Assembly (NCBI GenBank): GCA_963731105.1
Contig: CAVSUM010000020.1
Coordinates: forward strand, 2,943 to 66,942
Direction of reading: 5' to 3'
DNA length: 64,000 nt
From: an uncultured Gammaproteobacteria bacterium
GTDB lineage: Bacteria; Pseudomonadota; Gammaproteobacteria; Steroidobacterales; Steroidobacteraceae
Under the pieces are notes generated by a model. That model made no database searches and was not told where the DNA came from. It worked only from the letters and a program-made list of their open reading frames with translations. Every line of letters begins with the position of its first letter. The stretch's first letter is position 1. Both the position numbers and the translations under genes were made by a program. Below are positions 19,801 to 29,412 of the stretch, in pieces.

Positions 19801-19917
19801 ATGGCGGCGATCGCGCCCACGGGCAGGAACAGCAGCGTGGCGAGGCCGCTGCTGACGCCGCCGCTCGCGTGCACAAGCAGCGTGATGGCGACGCCGTCCA
19901 CGGCGAGCGGGAACAGC
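16828..19917. repeat. tandem direct duplication, about 1.54 kb per unit (16828-18366 and 18377-19917) with a 10-nt junction filler
   Basis: Direct comparison of the two stretches gives an offset of 1549 nt, growing to 1551 after two 1-nt insertions in the right copy. There are a few SNPs, e.g. 16897 g versus 18446 a. The filler ttgaccagat sits at 18367-18376. Each unit holds the 3' 1.37 kb of pilS, the spacer and the first 47 nt of the brnT-like gene. Confidence 0.95.
16992..18413 (-). CDS. pilS: PilS-type sensor histidine kinase, N-terminally truncated duplicate copy (uninterrupted frame)
   Basis: Part of ORF 16992..18722. ATG 18413 gives MATNGTPPRLPRNLVK, then LFPLAVDGVAITLLVHASGG (last TM helices), HisKA SASIAHEIRNP and the HATPase motifs DNALKHG and GTGLGLFIARE. 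There are no frame breaks. Confidence 0.7.
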   Translation of the reverse strand: MATNGTPPRLPRNLVKLFPLAVDGVAITLLVHASGGVSSGLATLLFLPVGAIAAIVRPRLALLATAVISIGLLLETLVSILTGVASGSDFLAAGLTGASLFAITLLAIPLANRLRESEALVQQRDLDLANLNELNRFIVQHLRESILVVEEDDRIRLINDKAARMLAGREVPSGSLLGEVSPRMLYLLDAWRRRDHDRRDTTGEVVSADGGTVIRPYFVSLTERGPGSVLVFLEDTSVVAQQVQQSKLASLGRLSASIAHEIRNPVGAMSHAGQLLRESPVLGDDDRHLTDIIEKNAVRVSQIIDNVLQLSRKDTTRQERVELSLWLEAFLVEFRATLQLEDDRIGLEAAVPGLEVQFDPSHLHQVLWNLCDNALKHGAGGGPVPVRLRVGRIAATDRPFLEVTDRGAGIDPANAERIFEPFFTNGAGGTGLGLFIARELCQTNGALLAYEARPEGGSTFRIIFADPQRWQAG

Positions 19918-20210
19918 GCCATCCACTCGGCCCCGGGCCAGCGTCGCTGGATCGGCTGCACGCACACCAGGCCGAAGGTGAAGTAGGCGACGCAGATGCC
20001 GAGGAACAGGCCCGGCTTCACGGCGCCGACGCTGTTGTTCGGCGCGTTAAAGAACAGCAGCAGGATCAACACCATCGGCACCAGCAGCCGGAAAACGTTG
20101 AGCAGGCCGATGACGCGCCAGGCGAGGTCGTCGGAGCGGGCCGCAACGGCGGTCGGGCTGGCATTACTGGTCATTGCCGCCAGTTTCGCCCGTCGCGGGA
20201 GCGGCTTCAA
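18541..20210 (-). pseudogene. pilS: PilS-type sensor histidine kinase, full-length copy with native N-terminal TM region, two frame breaks as assembled
   Basis: ORFs 19374..20210 (TM-rich N-terminus), 19112..19603 and 18541..19071 are consecutive pieces. Relative to the sister copy there is an extra base near 19711 (gatgacgacgcc versus gatgcgacgcc) and another near 19133 (tcctcgcag versus tcccgcag). Confidence 0.85.
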
Positions 20211-20293
20211 CCGACAGCGGGAGAGGGTGCCCGGACGGCGGGCGAGGGCTTAGACTACGGCCCCTCGAATTCCAACCAGAACGCGACCAGGCC

Positions 20294-21461
20294 ATGAACC
20301 TCCACGAATACCAGTCCAAGCAGCTCTTTCGCCCGCTACGGCATCCCCGTGCCGGCGGGGCACGTCGCCTCGACGCCCGAGGAAGCAGCCGACGCGGCGC
20401 GCCGCCTCGGCGGCGGCCTCTGGGTCGTCAAGGCGCAGGTCCACGCGGGCGGCCGCGGCAAGGCCGGCGGCGTGAAGGTCGTGAAGACCGTGCAGGACGT
20501 AACGGCCGCCGCGGCCGGCATGCTCGGCAAGCGGCTCACCACCAAGCAGACGGGCGCCGAGGGCCTGCCGATCAACCAGGTGTACGTGGAGGTCGGCTCG
20601 AAGATCGAGCGGGAGCTGTACCTGAGCCTGCTGCTGAATCGCGACACCGGCCACATCGCTTTCGTGGCTTCCGCCGCCGGCGGCATGAACATCGAGGAAG
20701 TCGCTGCGAAGACGCCGGAGAAGATCATCCGCGCCGAGATCCACCCGGCGACCGGGCTGCAGGGCTCGCACTGCCGCGCGCTCGCGTTCGGCCTCGGCCT
20801 CAAGGGCGACGCAGGTCAGCGCAGTTCGAGACGATCGCGCGCGGCCTCTACAAGCTCTACCTCGAGTGCGACGCGAGCCTCGTCGAGGTGAACCCGCTGA
20901 TCGTCACCGGCGACGGCAACGTGATCGCGCTCGACGCCAAGATCAACATCGAGGAGAACGCGCTGTTCCGCCAGAAGGACCTCGTCGCCTGGCGCGACAC
21001 GTCGCAGGAAGACGAGATGGAGCGCATCGCCGGCGAGGCGGACCTCAACTACGTCTCGCTCGACGGCGACATCGCCTGCATGGTGAACGGCGCCGGCCTC
21101 GCCATGGCGACCATGGACCTGATCAAGCTGCACGGCGGCTCGCCGGCGAACTTCCTCGACGTCGGCGGCGGCGCCACGCGCGAGCGCGTCACCACGGCGT
21201 TCAAGCTGATCCTGCAGAACCCGAAGGTGAAGGCGATCCTGGTCAACATCTTCGGCGGCATCGTCCGCTGCGACATGATCGCGGAGGGCGTCGTCGGCGC
21301 GGCGCGCGACCTCGGCCTGCACCTGCCGGTCGTGGTGCGCATCGAGGGCACCAACGCCGCGCAAGGGTCGCAAGATCCTCGCCGAGAGCGGGCTCGAGCT
21401 GATCGCGGCCACCGATCTCACCGACGCGGCGCGCAAGGTCGTCGCGGCTGCGAGGAAGTAA
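20294..21461 (+). pseudogene. sucC: succinyl-CoA synthetase beta subunit, three frame breaks as assembled (probably sequencing errors)
   Basis: [12 protein letters not shown] at ATG 20294, then [16 protein letters not shown]...[17 protein letters not shown] (ORF 20349..20891), then [10 protein letters not shown]...[13 protein letters not shown]...[10 protein letters not shown] (frame of ORF 20174..22498), ending [30 protein letters not shown]. The breaks are near 20330 (+1), 20822 (-1) and 21368 (+1). Confidence 0.9.
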
Positions 21462-21463
21462 CC

Positions 21464-22498
21464 ATGTCGATCCTGATCAACAAGAACACGCGCGTCCTCT
21501 GCCAGGGTTTCACGGGCAAGCAGGGCACGTTCCACTCCGAGCAGTGCATCGCCTACGGCACGAAGCTGGTCGGCGGCGTCACGCCCGGCCGCGGCGGCGA
21601 GAAGCACCTCGGGCTGCCGGTGTTCGACACGGTGCGCGACGCGGTCGCGAAGACCGGTGCCGACGCGACCATGATCTACGTGCCGGCGGCGTTCGCGGCC
21701 GATGCGATCATCGAGGCGGCGGACGCGGGCATCGCCACCATCGTCTGCATCACCGAGGGCATCCCGGTGAACGACATGGTGAAGGTGAAGGCCGCGCTGC
21801 GCGATTCGACGTCGCGGCTGGTCGGGCCGAACTGCCCGGGCGTGATCACGCCGGGCGAATGCAAGATCGGCATCATGCCGGGCTTCATCCACAAGAAGGG
21901 CACGATCGGCATCGTGTCGCGCTCGGGCACGCTGACCTACGAGGCCGTGTTCCAGACCACCAACAACGGCCTCGGCCAGAGCACCTGCGTCGGCATCGGC
22001 GGCGACCCGGTGCGCGGCATGAACTTCATCGACGTGATCGAGCTGTTCGAGCGCGATCCGCAGACCGAAGGCATCATCATGGTCGGCGAGATCGGCGGCA
22101 GCGACGAGGAGGCCGCCGCGGAGTACATCCGCCGCAACGTGTCGAAGCCGGTGGTCGCGTACATCGCGGGCGTCACGGCGCCCCCGGGCAAGCGCATGGG
22201 CCATGCCGGCGCGGTGATCTCGGGCGGCAAGGGCACGGCCGCGGACAAGTTTGCGGCGCTCGAGGCGGCGCGGGTGACGACGGTGCGCTCGCCGGCGGAG
22301 CTGGGCTCGGCGATTGCGAAGCGGATGGGCCGGATCAAGAGCGCCGCCGGCAAAGCCAGAGTGACCAAGCCGGGCAAGAAGAAGGTCGCGGCGAAGAAAA
22401 AGACTGCAGCGACGAAGTCGGCGGCCAAGAAGGCTGCTGCACGGCGACCGGCTGCGATGAAGCGCAAGGTGCGCAAGGCCGTCCGCAAGGCCAAGTAA
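21464..22498 (+). CDS. sucD: succinyl-CoA synthetase alpha subunit with a ~55-aa Lys/Ala-rich C-terminal extension
   Basis: ATG 21464, 3 nt after the sucC stop. [27 protein letters not shown]...SRSGTLTYE...[14 protein letters not shown] is canonical SucD. The frame continues without a stop into ...[40 protein letters not shown]. Confidence 0.9.
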   Translation: MSILINKNTRVLCQGFTGKQGTFHSEQCIAYGTKLVGGVTPGRGGEKHLGLPVFDTVRDAVAKTGADATMIYVPAAFAADAIIEAADAGIATIVCITEGIPVNDMVKVKAALRDSTSRLVGPNCPGVITPGECKIGIMPGFIHKKGTIGIVSRSGTLTYEAVFQTTNNGLGQSTCVGIGGDPVRGMNFIDVIELFERDPQTEGIIMVGEIGGSDEEAAAEYIRRNVSKPVVAYIAGVTAPPGKRMGHAGAVISGGKGTAADKFAALEAARVTTVRSPAELGSAIAKRMGRIKSAAGKARVTKPGKKKVAAKKKTAATKSAAKKAAARRPAAMKRKVRKAVRKAK

Positions 22499-22501
22499 GC
22501 C

Positions 22502-22549
22502 CCCTCACCCTCTCCCGCAAGCGGGAGAGGGAGAGGGAGAGTGAGAAGG
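22502..22549. repeat. REP-like palindromic element, family A (CCCTCTCCCGC-N2-4-GCGGGAGAGGG core with CCCTCACCC/GGGTGAGGG-like flanks), copy 1
   Basis: The sequence ccctcaccctctcccgcaagcgggagagggagagggagagtgagaagg lies immediately after the sucD stop. The same core recurs at 23372, 28247, 28448 and 41902. Confidence 0.85.
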
Positions 22550-22637
22550 TGCGGGGGTTTGTGAGCGAACACGCAAGATTTTCGCAGTGACCGGGAGTCG
22601 GTCCCGACTCAGGATGGCGAGGCTGCCGTAGGGCGGC

Positions 22638-22673
22638 TATGACGCCTTGCGTCATATAACGCAAGGCGTTATA
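22638..22673. promoter_or_regulatory. putative HigA operator: two abutting perfect 8-3-8 palindromes
   Basis: TATGACGCcttGCGTCATA (22638-22656) overlaps TATAACGCaagGCGTTATA (22655-22673), about 17 nt upstream of the higB ATG. The arrangement is conserved before the second higBA copy. Confidence 0.6.
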
Positions 22674-22689
22674 AGGCGAGGGACCGCCG

Positions 22690-22973
22690 ATGATCCTGAG
22701 TTTTCGCGACCGGGAGACCGAGAAGCTCTGGTGGGGCGAGAGCTCTCGCCGATTGCCGCCGTGGATACTGGCACGGCGATCAGGAAGCTGCGACTTTTGA
22801 ATGAAGCAACATCGCTAGCTGAACTGGTTTCGCCACCGGGCAATCGTCTGGAGGCGTTCTCCGGCAATCGACTCGGTCAACACAGCATTCGAATCAACGA
22901 CCAGTGGCGGATCTGCTTTCGTTGGAGTGATCGAGGGCCCGAAGATGTCCAGATCGTCGACTACCACTCGTAG
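22690..22973 (+). pseudogene. higB: HigB-type (RelE/ParE superfamily) toxin, copy 1, one frame break
   Basis: ATG 22690 gives MILSFRDRETEKLWWGESSRRLPPWI. The frame is then lost near 22776 (284 nt versus 285 nt in copy 2). The rest, IRKLRLLNEATSLAELVSPPGNRLE...SIRINDQWRICFRWSDRGPEDVQIVDYH, is in the frame of ORF 22647..22973. Confidence 0.8.
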
Positions 22974-23274
22974 CAAGCCGAAGCCGGTTGTGGTTCCAAA
23001 CCCACATCCCGGTGAGATTCTGCTTGAGGAATTCCTGAAGCCCCTGGGCATGAGCCAGAATGCCCTGGCCCGGGCTCTGAAGGTTTCACCTCGCAGAATC
23101 AACGAACTCGTGCTCGGCAAGCGCGCAGTGTCGGCAGACACAGACTTGCGACTCGGTCGCTACTTCAAGCTCCACGATGGTTTCTTCCTCGGCTTGCAGG
23201 CCGAATACGACCTCATGGAGCAGAGGCGCAAGCTGGGCGATCGACTCAAGGAAATCACCCCCAGGGCAGCGTAG
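22945..23274 (+). CDS. higA: HigA-family HTH (XRE-type) antitoxin, copy 1
   Basis: ORF 22927..23274 trimmed to ATG 22945 by analogy with copy 2. NPHPGEILLEEFLKPLGMSQNALARALKVSPRRINELVLGKRAVSADTDLRLGRYF is the HigA signature. Confidence 0.85.
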   Translation: MSRSSTTTRSKPKPVVVPNPHPGEILLEEFLKPLGMSQNALARALKVSPRRINELVLGKRAVSADTDLRLGRYFKLHDGFFLGLQAEYDLMEQRRKLGDRLKEITPRAA

Positions 23275-23371
23275 CCGTTTCCTCGTCGAGCACAGCGACC
23301 GCCTGCCGAAGGCGCCGACGTCGTTAGCAAGGTGAAGCGCAGTGCGCAAGGCCAAGTAGGCCTACACAGAA

Positions 23372-23415
23372 CCCTCACCCCCACCCTCTCCCGCAAGCTG
23401 GAGAGGGAGCGGGAG
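23372..23415. repeat. REP-like palindromic element, family A, copy 2
   Basis: The sequence is ccctcacccccaccctctcccgcaagctggagagggagcgggag. It is preceded by gtgcgcaaggccaagtag, which echoes the last codons of sucD. Confidence 0.8.
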
Positions 23416-23495
23416 TTTGCGAGCGATCACGCAAGATTCTCGCGGTGGCTGGGAATCCGTCCCGGCCAATGATGGCGGGGCTGCCGGAGGGCGGC

Positions 23496-23531
23496 TATGA
23501 CGCCTTGCGTCATATAACGCGACGCGTTATA
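23496..23531. promoter_or_regulatory. putative HigA operator (second copy of the double palindrome)
   Basis: TATGACGCcttGCGTCATA (23496-23514) overlaps TATAACGCgacGCGTTATA (23513-23531), about 17 nt upstream of higB copy 2. Confidence 0.6.
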
Positions 23532-23547
23532 AGGCGAGGGACCGCCG

Positions 23548-23832
23548 ATGATCGTCAGCTTCCGGGACCGGGAGACGGAGCGCTTCTGGTCAGGCGAGCG
23601 GAGTCGAAGATTGCCGCCGTGGATCCAGTCGGCAGCAATGCGGAAGTTGTCATGGTTGGACCAGGCCGCATCGCTTCGCGAGTTGGCTGTGCCGCGCGGC
23701 AACCGCCTCGAATCGCTGGCCGGGCAGCGACTAGGCCAGTACAGCATTCGCATCAACGACCAATGGCGTATCTGCTTTAGATGGAGCGATCGAGGGCCGG
23801 AAGATGTCCAAATCGTCGACTACCATTCGTAG
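23548..23832 (+). CDS. higB: HigB-type (RelE/ParE superfamily) toxin, copy 2, intact
   Basis: ORF 23548..23832. MIVSFRDRETERFWSGERSRRLP...GNRLESLAGQRLGQYSIRINDQWRICFRWSDRGPEDVQIVDYHS. Confidence 0.85.
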   Translation: MIVSFRDRETERFWSGERSRRLPPWIQSAAMRKLSWLDQAASLRELAVPRGNRLESLAGQRLGQYSIRINDQWRICFRWSDRGPEDVQIVDYHS

Positions 23833-24133
23833 CAAGGGCGGCGAGTTGCGCGCGCCAAATCCGCATCCGGGTGAGATCCTGCTGGAAGAGCTGCTGAAGC
23901 CTCTCGGCATGAGCCAGAATGCTCTGGCGCGCGCGCTCAAGGTCTCGCCGCGACGGATCAACGAACTCGTACTAGGCAAGCGCGCAGTCACGGCGGACAC
24001 GGACCTGCGTCTTGGTCGCTACTTCAATCTCCACGAAGGCTTCTTCCTGGGACTTCAGGCCCGCTACGACCTGATGGAGCAGAGGCGAAAGCTGGGCGAC
24101 CGGCTCAAGGAAATCACCCCCCGGGCGGCTTAG
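23804..24133 (+). CDS. higA: HigA-family HTH antitoxin, copy 2
   Basis: ORF 23804..24133. It overlaps the higB 3' end by 29 nt and is about 85-90 percent identical in protein sequence to copy 1. Confidence 0.85.
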   Translation: MSKSSTTIRSKGGELRAPNPHPGEILLEELLKPLGMSQNALARALKVSPRRINELVLGKRAVTADTDLRLGRYFNLHEGFFLGLQARYDLMEQRRKLGDRLKEITPRAA

Positions 24134-24244
24134 ACGCCTCCTCGTCCAGCACGGCCACCGCCTCGCGGAAATTCCGCATTTCCGCGCTGCGGCAACGGCC
24201 TACAGTGGCAGGGAGCGCAGCCGGCCTGCGCGAGGGGGAACGCC

Positions 24245-26005
<1,761 letters not shown>

Positions 26006-26009
<4 letters not shown>

Positions 26010-26995
26010 GCAGCCTGCCCGAACACCTCACCCGCGAGCGCGGCCTGCAACTGCTGCGCGAAATGCTGCGCATCCGCCAGTTCGAGGATCGCTGCGCCGA
26101 GCTGTACGGCGCGGGCCACATCCGCGGCTTCCTGCACCTGTGTGATGGCGAGGAAGCGATCGCGGTGGGCGCGATGCAGGCGCTCGGCCCTGGCGATGCG
26201 ATCGTCTCCACCTATCGTGAGCACGGCCACGCGCTGGCGCGGGGCGTGGCGATGGGCCCGCTGATGGCCGAGCTGTACGGCAAGCAGGCGGGCTGCAGCG
26301 GCGGGCGCGGCGGCTCGATGCACATCTTCGACGCCGCGACGCGCTTCTACGGCGGCAACGGCATCGTCGGCGGCGGCCTGCCGCTCGCGGTCGGGCTGGC
26401 GCTGGCAGAAAAGCTGCAAGGCCGCAATGCGGTCGCGGCGTGCTTCTTCGGCGAGGGTGCGGCAGCGGAGGGCGAGTTCCACGAATCGCTGAATCTCGCG
26501 GCGCTGTGGCGGCTGCCGGTGCTGTTCCTGTGCGAGAACAACCTGTACGCGATGGGCACCGCGCTCGCACGCTCGGAGTCGCAGACCGACATTCACGCCA
26601 AGGCCGCGGCGTACGCGGTGCGGGCCGCGGCGGTGGATGGCATGGACGTCTTCGCCGTGGAGGCCGCGGTGCGCAGTGCGGCGGAGCATGCGCGGGCCGG
26701 CCAGGGTCCCTCGCTGCTCGAGTTCCGCACCTACCGCCTGCGCGCGCACTCGATGTTCGACGCGCAGCTCTACCGCGACAAGGCGGAGGTGGAGGAGTGG
26801 CGCCAGCGCGGCCCGCTCACCACGCTCACGACGCGACTCAAGGCCGCGGGACTGATGACCGAGGACGATTTCCAGCGCCTGCAGCACGAGGCCGACGCCG
26901 AGGTGCAGGCCGCCGTGCAGTTCGCGGCCGACGCGCCCTGGGAGCCGGTCGAGGACCTGACGCGACACGTGTACGCGGAGGAGGTGCGGTCATGA
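26006..26995 (+). CDS. 2-oxoacid (pyruvate/acetoin) dehydrogenase E1 alpha subunit, ThDP-binding
   Basis: ATG 26006 overlaps the upstream TGA (ATGA). [30 protein letters not shown]...[11 protein letters not shown]...[10 protein letters not shown]...[15 protein letters not shown]...[17 protein letters not shown]. Confidence 0.85.
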
Positions 26996-27982
26996 GCGGC
27001 ACGCGCATCACCTATCGCGAGGCGGTGAAGCAGGCGCTCCGCGAGGCGCTGCTCGCCGATCCACGCGTGTTCCTGATGGGCGAGGACGTCGGCAAGTACG
27101 GCGGCTGCTTCGCGGTCAGCAAGGGGTTGCTCGACGAGTTCGGCGAGGAGCGGATCCGCGACACGCCGCTCTCCGAGTCGGCGTTCGTCGGCGCCGGCAT
27201 CGGCGCGGCGCTCGGCGGCCTGCGCCCGATCGTCGAAATCATGACCGTGAACTTCAGCCTGCTGGCGCTCGACCAGATCGTGAACACCGCGGCGACGCTG
27301 TGCCACATGTCGGGCGGGCAGTTCCACGTGCCGGTCGTGATCCGCATGGCCACCGGCGCGGGTCGGCAGCTGGCCGCGCAGCATTCGCACAGCCTCGAGG
27401 CCTGGTACGCGCACGTGCCGGGGCTGCGCGTGGTCGAGCCGGCGACGATCGACGACGCACGCGGCATGTTGCGCGCGGCACTTGCGAGTCCCGACCCGGT
27501 GATCATCTTCGAGCCGATCTCGCTCTACAACATGGAAGGCGAGCTGACGGACGCGGCGGCGACGGTCCGGCTCGAGGGTGCACGCGTGCATCGCGCAGGA
27601 CGCGACGTCACGCTGGTGACCTATGGTGCGAGCCTGTGGCGCTGCGTTGACGGCTGCAGAGACGCTGGCGGCCGACGGCATCGAGGCCGAGATCATCGAC
27701 CTGCGCAGCCTGCGGCCGCTCGACGACGCGACGGTGCTGGCCTCGGTGCATCGCACGCGCCGCGTCGTGATCGTCGACGAGGGCTGGCGCACCGGCAGCC
27801 TCGCGGCCGAGGTGGGCCTGCGCATCGTCGAGCAGGGGTTCTACGATCTCGACGCGCCGGTGGGACGGGTCTGTACCGAGGAGGTGCCGATCCCGTACCC
27901 GAAGCACCTGGAGGACGCGGCACTGCCAGGCCCCGAGCGCATCGTGGCCGCCGTGCGGAGGTTGTTCAGCGATGTCCAGTGA
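26992..27982 (+). pseudogene. 2-oxoacid dehydrogenase E1 beta subunit, one frame break
   Basis: ATG 26992 overlaps the E1alpha stop (ATGA). [33 protein letters not shown]...[18 protein letters not shown] is followed, after a break near 27642, by ORF 27623..27982 ([22 protein letters not shown]...[16 protein letters not shown]). Length is 991 nt. Confidence 0.85.
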
Positions 27983-28220
27983 GTTCAGGCTGCCCGCGCT
28001 CGGCGCGGACATGGACGACGGCACGATCGTCGAGTGGCACGTGGCGCCCGGGTGCGCGCGTGAAGCGGGGCGACGTGGTGGCGGTGGTCGAGACCGACAA
28101 GGGCGCCATCGACGTCGAGATCTTCATGGACGGCGTGGTGCGCGAGATCGTCGTCGCGCCGGGCACACGCATCCCGGTCGGGACGGTCATCGCAACGATT
28201 GACGCCGAAGGCGCCGCTCC

Positions 28221-28285
28221 TGCTCCCTCTTACTCTCTCTCCAACTCCCTCTCCCGCCCCAGCGGGAGAGGGTGGGGGTGAGGGC
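28221..28285. repeat. REP-like element family A, copy 3 (inverted orientation), inside the E2 lipoyl/E3-binding linker
   Basis: The sequence is ctccctcttactctctctccaactccctctcccgccccagcgggagagggtgggggtgaggg. It resembles the reverse complement of copy 1. Confidence 0.8.
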
Positions 28286-28436
28286 TCCTCTTCTGCCCCG
28301 TCCTCCACCGAACGCCTGAAAGTCTCGCCTGCCGCGCGGCGGCGGGCACGGGAACTGCAGGTCGACGTCGAGGCGCTCACCGGGACGGGGCCGGGCGGTG
28401 CGATCACGGTCGAGGATGTCGAGAGGAGCGACCAAG

Positions 28437-28491
28437 CCCTCACCCCCGCCCTCTCCCGCCAGGGCGGGAGAGGGAGCAGAACAAGAGAAGG
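28437..28491. repeat. REP-like element family A, copy 4, inside the E2 E3-binding/catalytic linker
   Basis: The sequence is ccctcacccccgccctctcccgccagggcgggagagggagcagaacaagagaagg. Confidence 0.8.
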
Positions 28492-29160
28492 CGGGCATGC
28501 GCGAGGCCATCGCGGCGGCGATGTCGCGCTCGAAGCGCGAGATCCCGCACTACTACCTCTCGACCACCGTCGACGTCACGCCGGCCACCGAGTGGCTGGC
28601 CGCGCACAACGCCGCGGCACCGGTCGCGGAGCGGCTGCTGTTCGCCGCGTTGATCGTGAAGTCCGTGGCGCTCGCCTGCCGCGAGCTCGAGGGCTTCAGC
28701 GGCTTTCATCGCGACGGCCGCTATGAGCCAGAGCCCTGCGGTCCACGTCGGCGTGGCGGTCGCGCTGCGGGGCGGCGGACTGGTGGCGCCCGCGATCATG
28801 GACACCGCGGACAAGCCGCTCGCCGCACTGATGGACGACTTCCGCGCGCTGGTGACGCGGGCGCGTGCCGGGCGGCTGCGCGCCAGCGAACTCGCGGCCC
28901 CCACGATCATCCTCACCAGCCTCGGCGAGGCGTCGGTGGATGCCGTGTTCCCGATCATCCAGCCGCCGCAGGTCGCCATCGTCGGCGCCGGGGCCGTGGT
29001 GGAGCGGCCGTGGGTGGTGGACGGCAAGGTCGTGCCGCGGCAGGTGCTGACGTTGTCCCTCGGTGCCGATCACCGCGTCACGGACGGGCGCCTCGGCGCG
29101 CAGTTCCTCGCGCGCATCGCCGCCAGGCTGCAGTCACCGGCATCACTGTGAGGAGCCGTC

Positions 29161-29412
29161 ATGGATCGTGCTGAACTCGCGCGCCGCGTGCTGTCGCTGG
29201 TGACCGGGATCGCGCCGGACGTGGAGGCCGCCACCGTCATCCCCGGCATCGACTTCCGCGACCAGTTCGATTTCGACTCGATGGACACGCTCAACTTCGC
29301 CATCGCGCTGCATCGCGAGCTGGGCGTGGACGTGCCGGAGACGGATTACGCGCAACTGGCGAGCCTCGACAAGTGCGTGGCCTACCTCATGAAGGAGGGG
29401 ACGGTCTCTTGA
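29161..29412 (+). CDS. acyl carrier protein-like (phosphopantetheine-attachment) protein
   Basis: ORF 29161..29412 (83 aa). It starts 9 nt after the E2 stop, with GGAG upstream. DFDSMDTLNFAIAL fits the D-S-(L/M)-D Ser attachment motif in a ~80-aa acidic helical protein. Confidence 0.7.
   Translation: MDRAELARRVLSLVTGIAPDVEAATVIPGIDFRDQFDFDSMDTLNFAIALHRELGVDVPETDYAQLASLDKCVAYLMKEGTVS

Larger units (their letters stand above)
27972..29151 (+). pseudogene. dihydrolipoamide acyltransferase E2 (lipoyl, E3-binding and catalytic domains), about four frame breaks
   Basis: The domains occupy four successive frames:
- Lipoyl domain: [27 protein letters not shown]...[11 protein letters not shown].
- E3/E1-binding domain: LKVSPAARRRARELQVDVEALTGTGPGGAITVEDVE.
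- Catalytic domain: REIPHYYLSTTVDVT...LSLGADHRVTDG.
The breaks are near 28053, within 28199-28281, within 28425-28497 and near 28725. Confidence 0.8.

Noticed and set aside
20174-22498. 774-aa 'fusion' ORF spanning sucC and sucD, and similarly the 916-aa ORF 24245..26995 and the 613-aa ORF 26440..28281
   Set aside because: These arise because out-of-frame stretches of GC-rich genes lack stop codons. Recognisable SucC, SucD, Acs, E1 and E2 sequence alternates with Arg/Pro/Gly-rich nonsense. Proper start/stop couplings (ATGA overlaps; TAA-N2-ATG) define separate genes.
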